DNA from: Octopus bimaculoides
Taxonomy: Eukaryota
NCBI RefSeq assembly: GCF_001194135.2
Contig: NC_068983.1
Coordinates: forward strand, 153,895,264-153,948,401
Reading direction: 5' to 3'
Length of the DNA stretch: 53,138 bases
This document shows positions 34,506-46,702 of this stretch, in pieces; the first letter of the stretch is position 1, and every line of letters starts with the position of its first letter. The position numbers and the translations under genes are program-made. The notes beneath the pieces are model-generated. The model was not told where the DNA came from, did not search any database, and saw only the letters and a program-made list of their open reading frames with translations.

Positions 34506-36381
34506 TAGGAGAATGTCATGAGGCAGCTTAAGGTAGTGCAGTGTAAATAAAATGTAGCCAAAAATGACTTGCAAACATTAATCCAACATATATATATATA
34601 TCCAACATAAGCACACTCACGCGGATTATTAGCACTTCAAGCAATGCCTCTGTTTCTGATGGCGCAGCTGGTGATGTTGATCGTTATATATTGGCATTGG
34701 TTCGTCCGTGTTTGAAGTGATTGCCATCCCTTCTTGCACATTCCTCGGGTCAGAGTATATTAATTTCGTTTAGGACATCACTTAAGTCGGACCACGAAAT
34801 TATCACTCACTACAGAACAAGCTTGTTGTTCGAAAATACATGTCATGGCTTTGATTCCTCGCTGAAATTTTGTTATTCTGGGCTAGTGATTATTTTTATT
34901 TTACCTTTCAAATTTTAAGAATGGTTCTTTTTATCAGCAACAAGCAAAACATAATTGTTAGCCTCGTGACACATATTTCTGTAGGTACCTCAGCCCGGAA
35001 ACATTTTTTAAATTCGATATACGCTGGGCCTGACAAATTAATATTCAAATACAATCATCCTCCTTAGTTTTTTTTTATTTTGTCTACATTCTAATCTAAT
35101 ATCTACCGGGCTTTATTTATTGCTACAGACAATAAAAGCTTCCTTCAATTTTATATTGTTCCCACATTCGTTTTAGGTGTCTTTAAACTTTATGTGCGTC
35201 AGATTGTTTATTCTTTCTGGCTGTGTACTTATTATAACTGCAGGTGAACGATTGTCATATTGCTGCTGATGAATGTGACTTTGAATTTGCACATTAACTT
35301 AATGATATTCACGCTGTTATCGTTGATCATTTTGCTTGATATGTATCTTACATCTGGTTCAGCTGTTATTATGGTGAAAATAATGAAGAGATGGTGGTAG
35401 AAGAGAAAGACGGGAATAGCGAGAAAAGAAATGCAGTCATGATAATAATGAGAAAAATGATAATGAAGCAGCTGCTATTGTTGATTGTGATATACAACTT
35501 TGTGACACAATGGACGACGGTGCTGTTGATTATGGTGGTGCTTCTAATAACTGTGATATGACAGTGATGACGATGATTGTGATAAAATGCTGATGATGAC
35601 GATGATGGCAATTACGTCAGCCAGAATGAATACGTTACGACTATTGTTGCAAGTGAAGATGCTGATAATAATGATGGCCGTGTTGGTGGCGGTAGCAGCA
35701 GCGGGGTGGTGTTCGGTGATTATGACGACGATGGCAGCGACGTCAACGACAATGATGATGATGAAGATGATGATGACGATGACGATAACGACAACGACGA
35801 AGACTACGAGGATGATGGAGATGGTGAATGTAATGTTACTGATGATGATATCGCACAACGGCGAGGAATACGATTGAGGTCGACGTCTCTTAAATTTGTT
35901 TCAGAATATTATGTTGCGTCTGGCCCTGTGAAATTTGAAGGTAGATAAGAGACAGCTGCAGGCCAGACATATCGGTAAAAGACACTCACAACATTACTTG
36001 CAACACGTCTTCCTATCAATGAAAGTTATTGCGCCATGAGCACAATATCAACTATGGAAATTGTTGAGCCATGAGATAATCGTGGGGACATTGGTCAGAC
36101 AAAAGCATCGACGACCAACAGCTGACAAACTTTCATTCGATGTAATTAAAGTTTGAGTTCGTGGATTTCTTGGGTGTAAACAAATACACAATCGCACATA
36201 TGTACAGGCGCGTGCACGCACACGCACACATGTATTCATATATCTTTCTATATTCTTCGTCCATACAAACGCAGACTGTTACACACACAAGCACTCACAC
36301 ACGTGTATTGGTGTATATGTGTGAGCGTGTTATATTTGCGCGTGAGTGTTTGCGTCTGTGTATATATAAATATAAATATAT

Positions 36382-36434
<53 letters not shown>

Positions 36435-37125
36435 NNNNNNNNNNNNNNNNNNNNNNNNNNNNNNNNNNNNNNNNNNNNNNNNNNNNNNNNNNNNNNNNNN
36501 NNNNNNNNNNNNNNNNNNNNNNNNNNNNNNNNNNNNNNNNNNNNNNNNNNNNNNNNNNNNNNNNNNNNNNNNNNNNNNNNNNNNNNNNNNNNNNNNNNNN
36601 NNNNNNNNNNNNNNNNNNNNNNNNNNNNNNNNNNNNNNNNNNNNNNNNNNNNNNNNNNNNNNNNNNNNNNNNNNNNNNNNNNNNNNNNNNNNNNNNNNNN
36701 NNNNNNNNNNNNNNNNNNNNNNNNNNNNNNNNNNNNNNNNNNNNNNNNNNNNNNNNNNNNNNNNNNNNNNNNNNNNNNNNNNNNNNNNNNNNNNNNNNNN
36801 NNNNNNNNNNNNNNNNNNNNNNNNNNNNNNNNNNNNNNNNNNNNNNNNNNNNNNNNNNNNNNNNNNNNNNNNNNNNNNNNNNNNNNNNNNNNNNNNNNNN
36901 NNNNNNNNNNNNNNNNNNNNNNNNNNNNNNNNNNNNNNNNNNNNNNNNNNNNNNNNNNNNNNNNNNNNNNNNNNNNNNNNNNNNNNNNNNNNNNNNNNNN
37001 NNNNNNNNNNNNNNNNNNNNNNNNNNNNNNNNNNNNNNNNNNNNNNNNNNNNNNNNNNNNNNNNNNNNNNNNNNNNNNNNNNNNNNNNNNNNNNNNNNNN
37101 NNACGAATTCCTGCGGTATAACCAT

Positions 37126-37160
<35 letters not shown>

Positions 37161-38747
37161 GAGAGTGTGTGTGTTATGGCCAGTTCATTGGGTTACCCAG
37201 GGCTTCGCGTCCGTAAACCGGTTAACTTTACATACGTCTCGTCAGACCCTAATGGCCAGTGGCCTATAACCTCTCTTCAAAATGGAGGGAAAAAAGGAAC
37301 ACACAAAGAAGAAAAGTCAAGTGCAAAGGATTGTCTCTCTTAGAACACTATCCAGAATCGACTCTGCCAGCTTTCGGGTCCCAGGATTTCAGTAGGAATC
37401 GTCAGAAATGTAAGCAGTGTCCAAAAGACTTCTGTCATGGAATTTAAGATGTTCTCCGGCTCGAGGAAATAATTAAATATTCTCTCTCCCATTCGGTTAT
37501 GCACAGCTGGTAATGTTTGCTCTCGTTGATATAAGGGCCCAGTTTTTCTAAGATCACTTGTAAAGACCCTTCGCCCTTCAGCCGCCACACAAAGGAACTC
37601 CACACAGTATCACATTTCTAATTGTGGTCATCGCTTTTCCCAAGAGTGAAGCTTCATCGCAAAGTATGTGGAATAATTTTAGTGCATAATATAGAAAATA
37701 TTTAACAAAAATATGAATGGTAATACGCTATGAAAATATTTTTTAAATCAATTATTTGCATTATGGGTTAGAAATCCTACTACATTACAAAAATGAAGGA
37801 CAAATTGATAAATTTGAAGACAGAGAATGTAAAATTTTACACTGCGATAAAGAACAATAATGTAGAATTTTAAAAATATTAAGATTACACACCATAAATA
37901 AGATTCCATCATGTAGGTACTCCACTTTATTCTGAAATCTACTCTGCATTATCCCTGCGTACTATTTCCAAGTATCTTCTTGCAGTTCTCTCACCAATAC
38001 ATATTCCAGTAAAATAAATACATTTTCAGAATACTCAGCTGCATTTCCTAAAATTCAATGGAGCGCAGCATTTCCAGATTGATTTCTACATCACTTTTTA
38101 AAGTTTTCCATGAATAATTTAAATGGCTTGAGAAGAAAAGATTTGTTCTGAAACCTCTCGACGACGTTCAACGTAGAATTTCTTTTATAATAGTTAACAG
38201 GCAGGGGAGACTACTCAATTTCCCCTGTCATAAGAAAGTGGTGGATCGCTTCACAATAAACCCAATTGAAAGTCAGTTTCATGTTTAACATCTGTTTCAC
38301 ATGAACCCACAAATCAGTGATACACACTAACACAGACTAATTCTTGCATAATTATTTTGTTGCTTTTCGTGCAGGGTCAGTTCATTTGTATCCGGCTCTA
38401 ATATTAATACAATTGATGAATTTCTTTACATTTGAACCGGCAGCATCATGTCTCAAATATAAGATTCAGAGTAAAATACCAGCAACAATGAAATATACAA
38501 AAGTATATACTTACTGAAACGCAACGTGAACATTAATAACGTAAATCTAATAAACTATGATGTATCCACGGTAGTCATGAAGTGAAGTTGGCTCCATCTG
38601 TGTGCAAACCTTTAAGAAAAAATAGGTAGACTAGCGTAAACAAAAAGAATAACCAAATAAAGAAAAAAAACACGATTAAAGCGAAGGTCGCTCATGAAAT
38701 AAAGAAACGATGTGAGAAAAAGGAAAACCATAGATAGATAGATAAAT

Positions 38748-38796
<49 letters not shown>

Positions 38797-38879
38797 AAAA
38801 GTGTTCTCTTACGAGAAAAATTTTCAAAACAAAGTTATTATTTAAATGACAGTGCAAGGAAGAACATTGAGACTAATAG

Positions 38880-40470
38880 CTTTGGAGATAGACTTAACAA
38901 ACACCCAGATCTGACTTGGAAGTATTAATGCGGCAACCTTTTGCCTGAAATATGTATGAAGTACATACGGAGAGCAGGCAAAAATATTTAACAGAAACAA
39001 TTTTAAACTCTAAAGCTAATGAATCACCAAATATCACTAAACTACCAGCATTTAGTCCTTGTGCCTTCATACAATACAGAGTTCAACGCTCTGAGGAATA
39101 GAGATATTGTGCAGACTACGACAAACTTGTAAATATCCATTACTGATCTACAGAATGATAATATTTAATAGTTCAGCTAGGCGTGAGCAAAGAGTGGTTT
39201 TAATATCAGACGACATTTTTCTTTGCTATCTTCAAATCAGTGGATTCCGGAAACATTAGCTATTAGTTAGAACCAATGTCCAGATGGTACATCATTAAAA
39301 ATATTGTTTTGTAGACATGAAGAATAGGAGAAATTATCAACAAAACCCATACATACTTGAAGAGATTTATTATGCTCTTATATTAGTGTTAATGACTTCA
39401 TCAAACAGCCAGGACTATTATAAACGTGTATGGAGACCAACGACTATTCTTTGTGTATAGCTTGAATGAATAAAAATATTTCAATGATTGGATCAAGGAA
39501 GTGAAGAAAAATCCGCTTTAGGCATGGTGTTTGGAGGCCCGTCGAGCCGGGTAATGGCTTGCTACTGCAGATGAATAACAACTTGAAGGAAGCAAGTTTG
39601 CGTATATTGTACAAATTCATCAGTGTAATAACATGAAATACTGTTGAACAAAATGCTCCAAGGTAAGCTAGAACAGAGGAGAATAAATGGGGAAAACAAC
39701 TAATCTGTTATTAGATAAAGAAACGCACATAAAAAGTTATTAGAGCATTCACAATCTGACGAATATTTATAAATTAATGACTGACCAGAATATAATGCAT
39801 TCAAATGAAAGAGTTGCGGAGGGTCATTGTGTAGACATTTTATATTAATACTTAAAAAAGGGATTAATGCCAAATATAAGGTAATCGGTATGAATATTTT
39901 AGCGGTTTCAGTAACAACTTATAATTATGTTATTCTCAACTGAACGCTAAATATATTAGGAGACTAGACAGAAAACAATGAATACATTTAGAAGGTAATA
40001 TTGTAAAACCTAGTCAGAGAGATTATAGTTACTTCGAATACAGAGAGTGCCAGCTGCAAATAAACTCATAGCCATAAAACAACTATTGCAAAATTGTCAA
40101 AAAGAATATTTGAAATGCAATACAGAGAGCTACAATAGGTTCACAAAAGAAAAGTATTTTGTGATCAATAAATGCAACACATGAAAGGGAGGGTGCGATA
40201 AAAGTCTTCTGCTAAAAATAAATGGCTAAGCTGAAAATGGGACAATAAACACTCATAGAGTTTAGCAAAGCTACTCTACATGACAGATCCAGAACTATTC
40301 GAAGAAAACTTCAAAAATTGCTGAGATGCAGGAGATTCAAATTATGAGTGAAATAATTTTGCGGCAGAGGATCAAAGAATTTCAACCACACACTCTAAAA
40401 TTAATATAATTCATAAAGGTTCAAAAGGTAAATGCAGAATATGTGGATGTTGTGAAGAGGTAAAGTGAGG
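38880..40470 (+). mobile_element. Heavily decayed R4/Dong-like RT region
   Basis: Scattered motif remnants in the expected order (GD..LF.IA, GGxGL, QKLLRCRR..SE...AAEDQ, KCRICG) with many frameshifts. Confidence 0.45.
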
Positions 40471-41361
40471 TGTATAGATTCATTGGCTTTTCCGAATTTC
40501 TAATACAATACGTCGGTGAAAATCCTGACAAATATCTCACCATTTTTGACATCAGAAAGAACTGAACTAAAACAGATTACCTCAAGGCAGTCGGACATGG
40601 TAATAATTCATAAATTTTCTGTCTTGGATTGTAGATATTTTAACGCCTCCGAAAATATGAACTGCAAAATGGTAATCCTACAGGGTTAGAATTAAATGTA
40701 CTGTGAATAGGAAGAAATAACCCAAGGCGATCTACGTAACTCTATAACGTATTTATCCATCCGTTCGCCGCCTAAAGATTTGACGTAACGTCATGGATTC
40801 AAATTCTTGAAAGGGGGCAGCGAGTTCCTTCAAGAATTGAGACAGTTCATTTCCCGTTGCTACGCTCTAGTCGACTGAAATGAGTAACGGCTCAGTGTCT
40901 GCACAGCCATCTTCGTTTCCAGTTGTCCCCATCCTGTTTCGTCCCTAGTGTGAAAAATATAGGAATGCCAAGAATGTGTGATGTATTGTCCTGCAACTGT
41001 ATAGAGCACCTAAAACAATTACTGAATTCATGGTACAGGCTAACAGTTCATAGTCGCATGTGATTAGTGAAGATATATGCATACATTTGTGGAGGGTGCG
41101 TGCGGGTGCGCGTGTAAGCATGCGTATACACAGCAATTGAAGGCAAGCTACAGTCATGCTGTATTATAAGCCTGAATGATTGTCTGATAACGGCCGACTA
41201 TCTACAATAATATGCAAATTATAAAATAATTGTGAACGGATTACTACACAGAATTAAGAACTATGAAGTAACTGTCCTAATATTAAGACTTGTAAATTCA
41301 ATTTGAGAATTGAAAACAGAAACAACTAATTGTTTTGATGTATTATACAAAAAATCATGCA

Positions 41362-41869
41362 TATAAAATAGTCTAAATAGAAGGCTGCTCACGTAAAAAA
41401 AAATCAAACAAGTGAAACTATTGATGTTATTGACGTATTAATTAATAAGAGTCTAGGCAATACCAAAACAAAGAAGTACATGTCAGGTAAATAAGGCTCA
41501 AATAACTATGCAGTTAAGGCACTGCGTAGCAACTTTTTAAAGCGTATACATATATACACACATTTATTTATTTAGCTGCAAAGAAACGCCAGAGACTTAA
41601 GACCCGATTAGATTTAGTGCGTGAGATTTGTCAGTGATGGGTGACACACTCACATACATACACGTTACGCCTAACACTTTAAAATGCTGCTACGCAGTGC
41701 TTTAACTGCACAATTATTTGAGCCATATTTACCTGACATGTAGTTCTTTGTTTTCCTATTTTGTTTTGGTATTACAAAGGCTCTTCTTAACACGTTAATA
41801 ACGTCAATAATTTCACTTGTTCGATTCTTTTAAAGCGTGCAGCCTTTTATTTAGACTCTCTATTTTATA
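41362..41869. mobile_element. MITE/foldback with ~185-bp inverted arms
   Basis: 41362-41544 vs reverse complement of 41674-41869 share long blocks (TACATGTCAGGTAAAT, GCACTGCGTAGCA, AACAAGTGAAA). Ends are TATA. Confidence 0.75.
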
Positions 41870-42227
41870 AGGATCTATTTTTGTATAATACATAAAATTG
41901 GAACGATACAGAGTTTTGCGCAAGGACACTACGTAGATTGGAGAAGCGTATCATATTTTAATAGGCGAAGACGTGACTTCGAGGGTAACAATTTGCTTCA
42001 ACCCTTTATGTGGTCTTGGATTTAGATCTATTGTTTGGCAAATTGGACAAATGTCTAATAGTACTGTAATCACAGGTCCAGTAGTGTCTTGCGAGTAAAC
42101 TTGATAGAGAGAAACCGAAAGAACTTTGTCATGTACACAGGTATCTATGGTGTGTCTTAAGGTGTGCGTGTATATGTTTATATGGTTATCTTTGTGTTTG
42201 TCTTCTGTTCGTTTTGCACCATCACCA

Positions 42228-42365
42228 ATTGACAACCGGTGCTAGTCTGTTTACGTCCATGTGAATTAGCAGTTCCGAAAAGAGAATGAAACTATAAGCT
42301 CTGATCGCGACTTATTCGTCGAAATTTGCGATGGCAGCAGTGCACTTACTGAAGGAAGTAAAAAA
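42228..42365 (+). mobile_element. Degenerate copy of the CR1-tail SINE
   Basis: TTGACAACCGGTGCTAGTCTGTTTACGTCC...TTAGCAGTTCCGAAAAGAG is the reverse complement of the 6900-6950 motif. Confidence 0.5.
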
Positions 42366-42499
42366 AATACAAATAATAATGATATATAAGCAGAATCTTT
42401 TCGGTAAATTTGACAGTTTGCTTAAAAGGGAAATAAAGCACAAAATCCCATCCAAAAATGTTGGCAGCTTTTCAAACATCTAAATACATGTACTAGATT

Positions 42500-42955
42500 A
42501 TAACAATTGGGTTAAATTAGACGATACGAGGTTCCGCTGCAGTCGCAAGACGACTAATGACCGTAGCGAACGCGCTCCTCACTGTGTCCCTAGGAAAATC
42601 CTCGAACACCTACTTCATTTTGGCCACCAACCCGGTCTTCATCTTGCAAGCAAAGCGGTTGGTGATTTTCTCAACATAAACCCACATAAAGCAAACAGTA
42701 CGGTTAAAATCTGGGGAATTAGGTGACCAGAAATTGTGCTGCTGAAGTCGCAGAAATTCTCCGACAACCACTTCTGAGACTTTCCGGAGATATCGCAAGG
42801 AGTCGAGTTCTGCTGCCACACTTATGGTCTTCCAATAGTACTCATTTCCAGCCAGGGATTTACTGGTGTTCATCAGCTTCATATAACCGGCAGAATTATG
42901 GGAGAGAATCCCGGTGACGGGACACAATCTCCACGATTGTGAAGTCACCATATAT
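42500..42955 (-). mobile_element. Tc1/mariner-superfamily transposase C-terminal remnant
   Basis: WQQNSTPC..SGKSQKWLSENF and FWSPNSPDFN...MWVYVEKITN...LVAKMK (WPPNSPDLNPxDxxVW motif). Confidence 0.8.
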
Positions 42956-44375
42956 ANNNNNNNNNNNNNNNNNNNNNNNNNNNNNNNNNNNNNNNNNNNN
43001 NNNNNNNNNNNNNNNNNNNNNNNNNNNNNNNNNNNNNNNNNNNNNNNNNNNNNNNNNNNNNNNNNNNNNNNNNNNNNNNNNNNNNNNNNNNNNNNNNNNN
43101 NNNNNNNNNNNNNNNNNNNNNNNNNNNNNNNNNNNNNNNNNNNNNNNNNNNNNNNNNNNNNNNNNNNNNNNNNNNNNNNNNNNNNNNNNNNNNNNNNNNN
43201 NNNNNNNNNNNNNNNNNNNNNNNNNNNNNNNNNNNNNNNNNNNNNNNNNNNNNNNNNNNNNNNNNNNNNNNNNNNNNNNNNNNNNNNNNNNNNNNNNNNN
43301 NNNNNNNNNNNNNNNNNNNNNNNNNNNNNNNNNNNNNNNNNNNNNNNNNNNNNNNNNNNNNNNNNNNNNNNNNNNNNNNNNNNNNNNNNNNNNNNNNNNN
43401 NNNNNNNNNNNNNNNNNNNNNNNNNNNNNNNNNNNNNNNNNNNNNNNNNATATATATATATATATATATATATACGTGTGTAAGTGTGTGTATGCTTAAA
43501 TATATATGTATATGCAGTGCTAGATGTATAAATGTATGTACATGATGTACATACATGTATATATAAATGCATGTATGTATATGATATATATGAATTTATA
43601 TACACATTTATATGCGTGGGTGTGCGTATGTGAGTGTGTATGTGTGCGTATGTATGAAAATAAGAAAACAAAGCATTAAAAAGCTTCTAACTTGTGAGTG
43701 CATTCTTAGAAATATTCCACTATAAACAAGATCTCCTGACCTTCATTTATTAAGTGAAAGAAAAGCAACTGTGTAATGTGTCTACATCTGATACAGCAAA
43801 AACAGTAAACTATTATATACGGTACTCATGCACTTGGTTAAAGACTATAGTGTTGTAAATTTAGCGAAAACGCTTGTATCGAAAATTGAAACGAGGATGA
43901 CATTTCAGTACATGAATTATTTAATTTATTGCTCATAAGTCGCTTAACTTGCTTTCTAATCATTTATTCCAACTTTTTAATTTTCCCCAACGATTATATT
44001 TGAAACTGAGGCGTCAGTGAAAGTTATATGACGAATCAAACGAAAACAGAGAGAACAAAAAAAAAAAAGACAAGCAGAAACAAATGAATGCTCCCGACCA
44101 AGCTAACAAAGTCTTTATTCAGTGAGGCAAACAACAGACTTATTAGACGAGAAACATTTATATTTGTCGATAGGTTAATTTTAAGCATAGATCGTATAAG
44201 GTCAAATCACAAATTAACGCCTCACCGAATTCTGCGCAGTTATTTGATGGACAGAAATTTCCATGAGGTATAGGGTTGTGTGGGATAGATTCTTTCACAC
44301 AGGTTTGCTCTCCTCCTCCATACAGAAGAAGACTGCGTGTGTAGACGCTGCTGTGATCTTGTGTACGTGTGATAC

Positions 44376-44409
<34 letters not shown>

Positions 44410-45069
44410 CACGTAGCAGGACACGTACACAAGATCACNNNNNNNNNNGCATGTATGTTTGTATACGTTTATGTATACACACACACACGTGTACGCGCAT
44501 GAATATTATTGTGTGTGTGCGTGTGTGCGTGTAATATGTATATACATAAACTTATATATGTTTATACAAATATATACGCATGTATGTTTGTATACGTTTA
44601 TGTATACACACACACACGTGTACGCGCATGAATATTATTGTGTGTGTGCGTGCGTGTGTGTGTGTGAGTGAGTAGGTGCATATATTTCTATATACGTGGC
44701 ACGAGGTCAGTCTTGAAAATTAGAATCGAGTCGCTCACTCTATTTTTTCCCTTCCTCACTACCTGTCTGTTATTAAAATCTCTAAGCTCTCTTATTCCTC
44801 ATCAATGGTACTTGTAGAGTACAATAGACAGCGCAGACAAATGCATTTGAAGGCGTGCACTCGTATTAATTAAAAATTTCGAATGAAAACCGAAGGTCAG
44901 ATTACAACTGAGTTTGATCACTCATACAATGTATTGACTCCACTAATTTACGCTCCGTTTGTCAAATCTATATAATTGTGATTAATAACTACATCGCGAT
45001 GTCGAAATCTTATAAGCTTTCGTTTTATAACCATTACTTCAAATTTATGATATTGTCATTGTTATTGAT

Positions 45070-45208
45070 GCATTACTCATCATCATTGTCATCATCATCA
45101 TCATTATCATCACCATCATCATCATCATCATCATTATCATCATCATCATCATCATCATTATTATTATTATTATTATTATTATAATTATTATTATTATTAT
45201 TATTATTA
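45070..45208 (+). repeat. (CAT)n/(TAT)n microsatellite
   Basis: Read directly. Confidence 0.9.
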
Positions 45209-46105
45209 AATTCCTAAAGAATCACGAGAGAGTATGGTGTACTGGAGATTGTAAACTGCCCTAGTAATACTCGTCAATTGTTGCTTCTGTAACAAATTAT
45301 AGGAATCAAAGTCATCATCATCATCAGTAACATGGTAATGAGGTTGATATATTTTAATTGCACTGAAAGTTAGTAATCATACTCTCGAGAAGCAGCTGTT
45401 ACTATACTTTCTTGTGTGTATGTTAGCAGTAATTTGGAATATGAGAATATCCATGATAACGAAGGTAATGACATATTCGATATTGTTCTCAGTAATGTAG
45501 GTAGCTTTAATTTTTGATGAAATTCGTTGATGATGCCTTTGAAATTTCTCACAATCTTATATGTAAATTTTGTAAATTATTCTGTAATACTATGGTTACA
45601 TTAATCTATCTTGCAAGTACTTCTGTCAAATATTACGTTATGATGATTACGTTTTCGAACCTTCGTTTTTTTCTGGGGTTTTTTTTTTTTTTTAACTTAC
45701 ATCTTTTTAAATATTTACATTGTAGTTTTAACTGAATCTTAGTTACTTCTGTAAGAGAAATTGCAGTAGAAATTTGTTATTACTAAATGTAAAGAAATAA
45801 TACCTTGAGTTCTGTCTGCTACCATAATCTTTGTTAGGCCATTTTATAAACGATGTTCACTTCTGCATCAATATCTGTACAATTAATTGTCAAACGAGAT
45901 ACGGAAAGCTGAACGTACCTTTTATGATAAATAAGATGTCTATCTTCGATTTTTTGAAAAATCCCTTATAAACTTTAATATTTATGTAACTGAGATAACA
46001 TGAATTCTTAAATTCTGCACGTTGAGGGAGCGCTTTGTTTTTATCATTGTTGTATTCATTCCGAAGATTGTTACACTCTGTTTATTCATGTGTATTAAAC
46101 GATGC

Positions 46106-46702
46106 GGATCTGTTTTAAAACGGAGGCCACATTTTTCATTAACGAAACACTTTGAAACTTGGAACACTGGTAGAATGTGTCATATAAAACATCTTTTTCT
46201 CTTAGTCTTCTTTAAAAAATACAGAAATCCCTAAGTTATTCCATGTTAAAGTTGTCGTATTTCTGTAATTTCAACCAATCACTGACGTCCATTCAGCCGA
46301 TATATATTAAGTGCCGACTACATAAACAAACGATTCTGAAACAATTCTATCGGTGATAGGGTTAGGGTTAGGGTTAGGGTTAGGGTTAGGTTAAAACAGC
46401 AAATTTAAAAAGAAAAAAGCAAATAAAACGAAGAAAAAAAAAGAAAATGAAAAAAGCAAATAAAACGAAGCTATGGCATAATCAGCCAAAGGAGTAAATG
46501 TAAACAACTGAATACTTGTCAGTGATTGGTTGAAATTATCGAAATAAGACAGTTTTTTACATGAAATAAATTCGAATACAAACATATTTTTCTGTTCTAT
46601 AACACAAAATAGATAAGTATACGAAGTTTGAAAGTCTTTCGGTACCAAAAACACAACGTAAAATATTAATGAAGAATGTGGCCCCCGTTTTAAAAAAGAT
46701 CC
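46106..46702. mobile_element. MITE with 37-bp TIRs, 8-bp TSD and an internal (TTAGGG)n tract
   Basis: TIR GGATCT[G/T]TTTTAAAACGG[A/G]GGCCACATT[T/C]TTCATTAA (34/37 match). Perfect TSD AACGATGC at 46098-46105 and 46703-46710. Additional subterminal inverted similarity (TAATTTCAACCAATCACTGAC). Confidence 0.85.
46357..46390 (+). repeat. Interstitial telomeric-type repeat (TTAGGG) x about 5.7
   Basis: TAGGG(TTAGGG)4TTAGG read directly. Confidence 0.9.

Noticed and set aside
37880-38480. Possible hAT (GTF2IRD2-like) transposase relic on -
   Set aside because: Only vague motif resemblance in stop-riddled frames, not enough to support a call.
44449-44652. Tandem duplication of a ~75-bp low-complexity block
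   Set aside because: It starts at a gap edge and is microsatellite-like. It may be an artefact or simple slippage.
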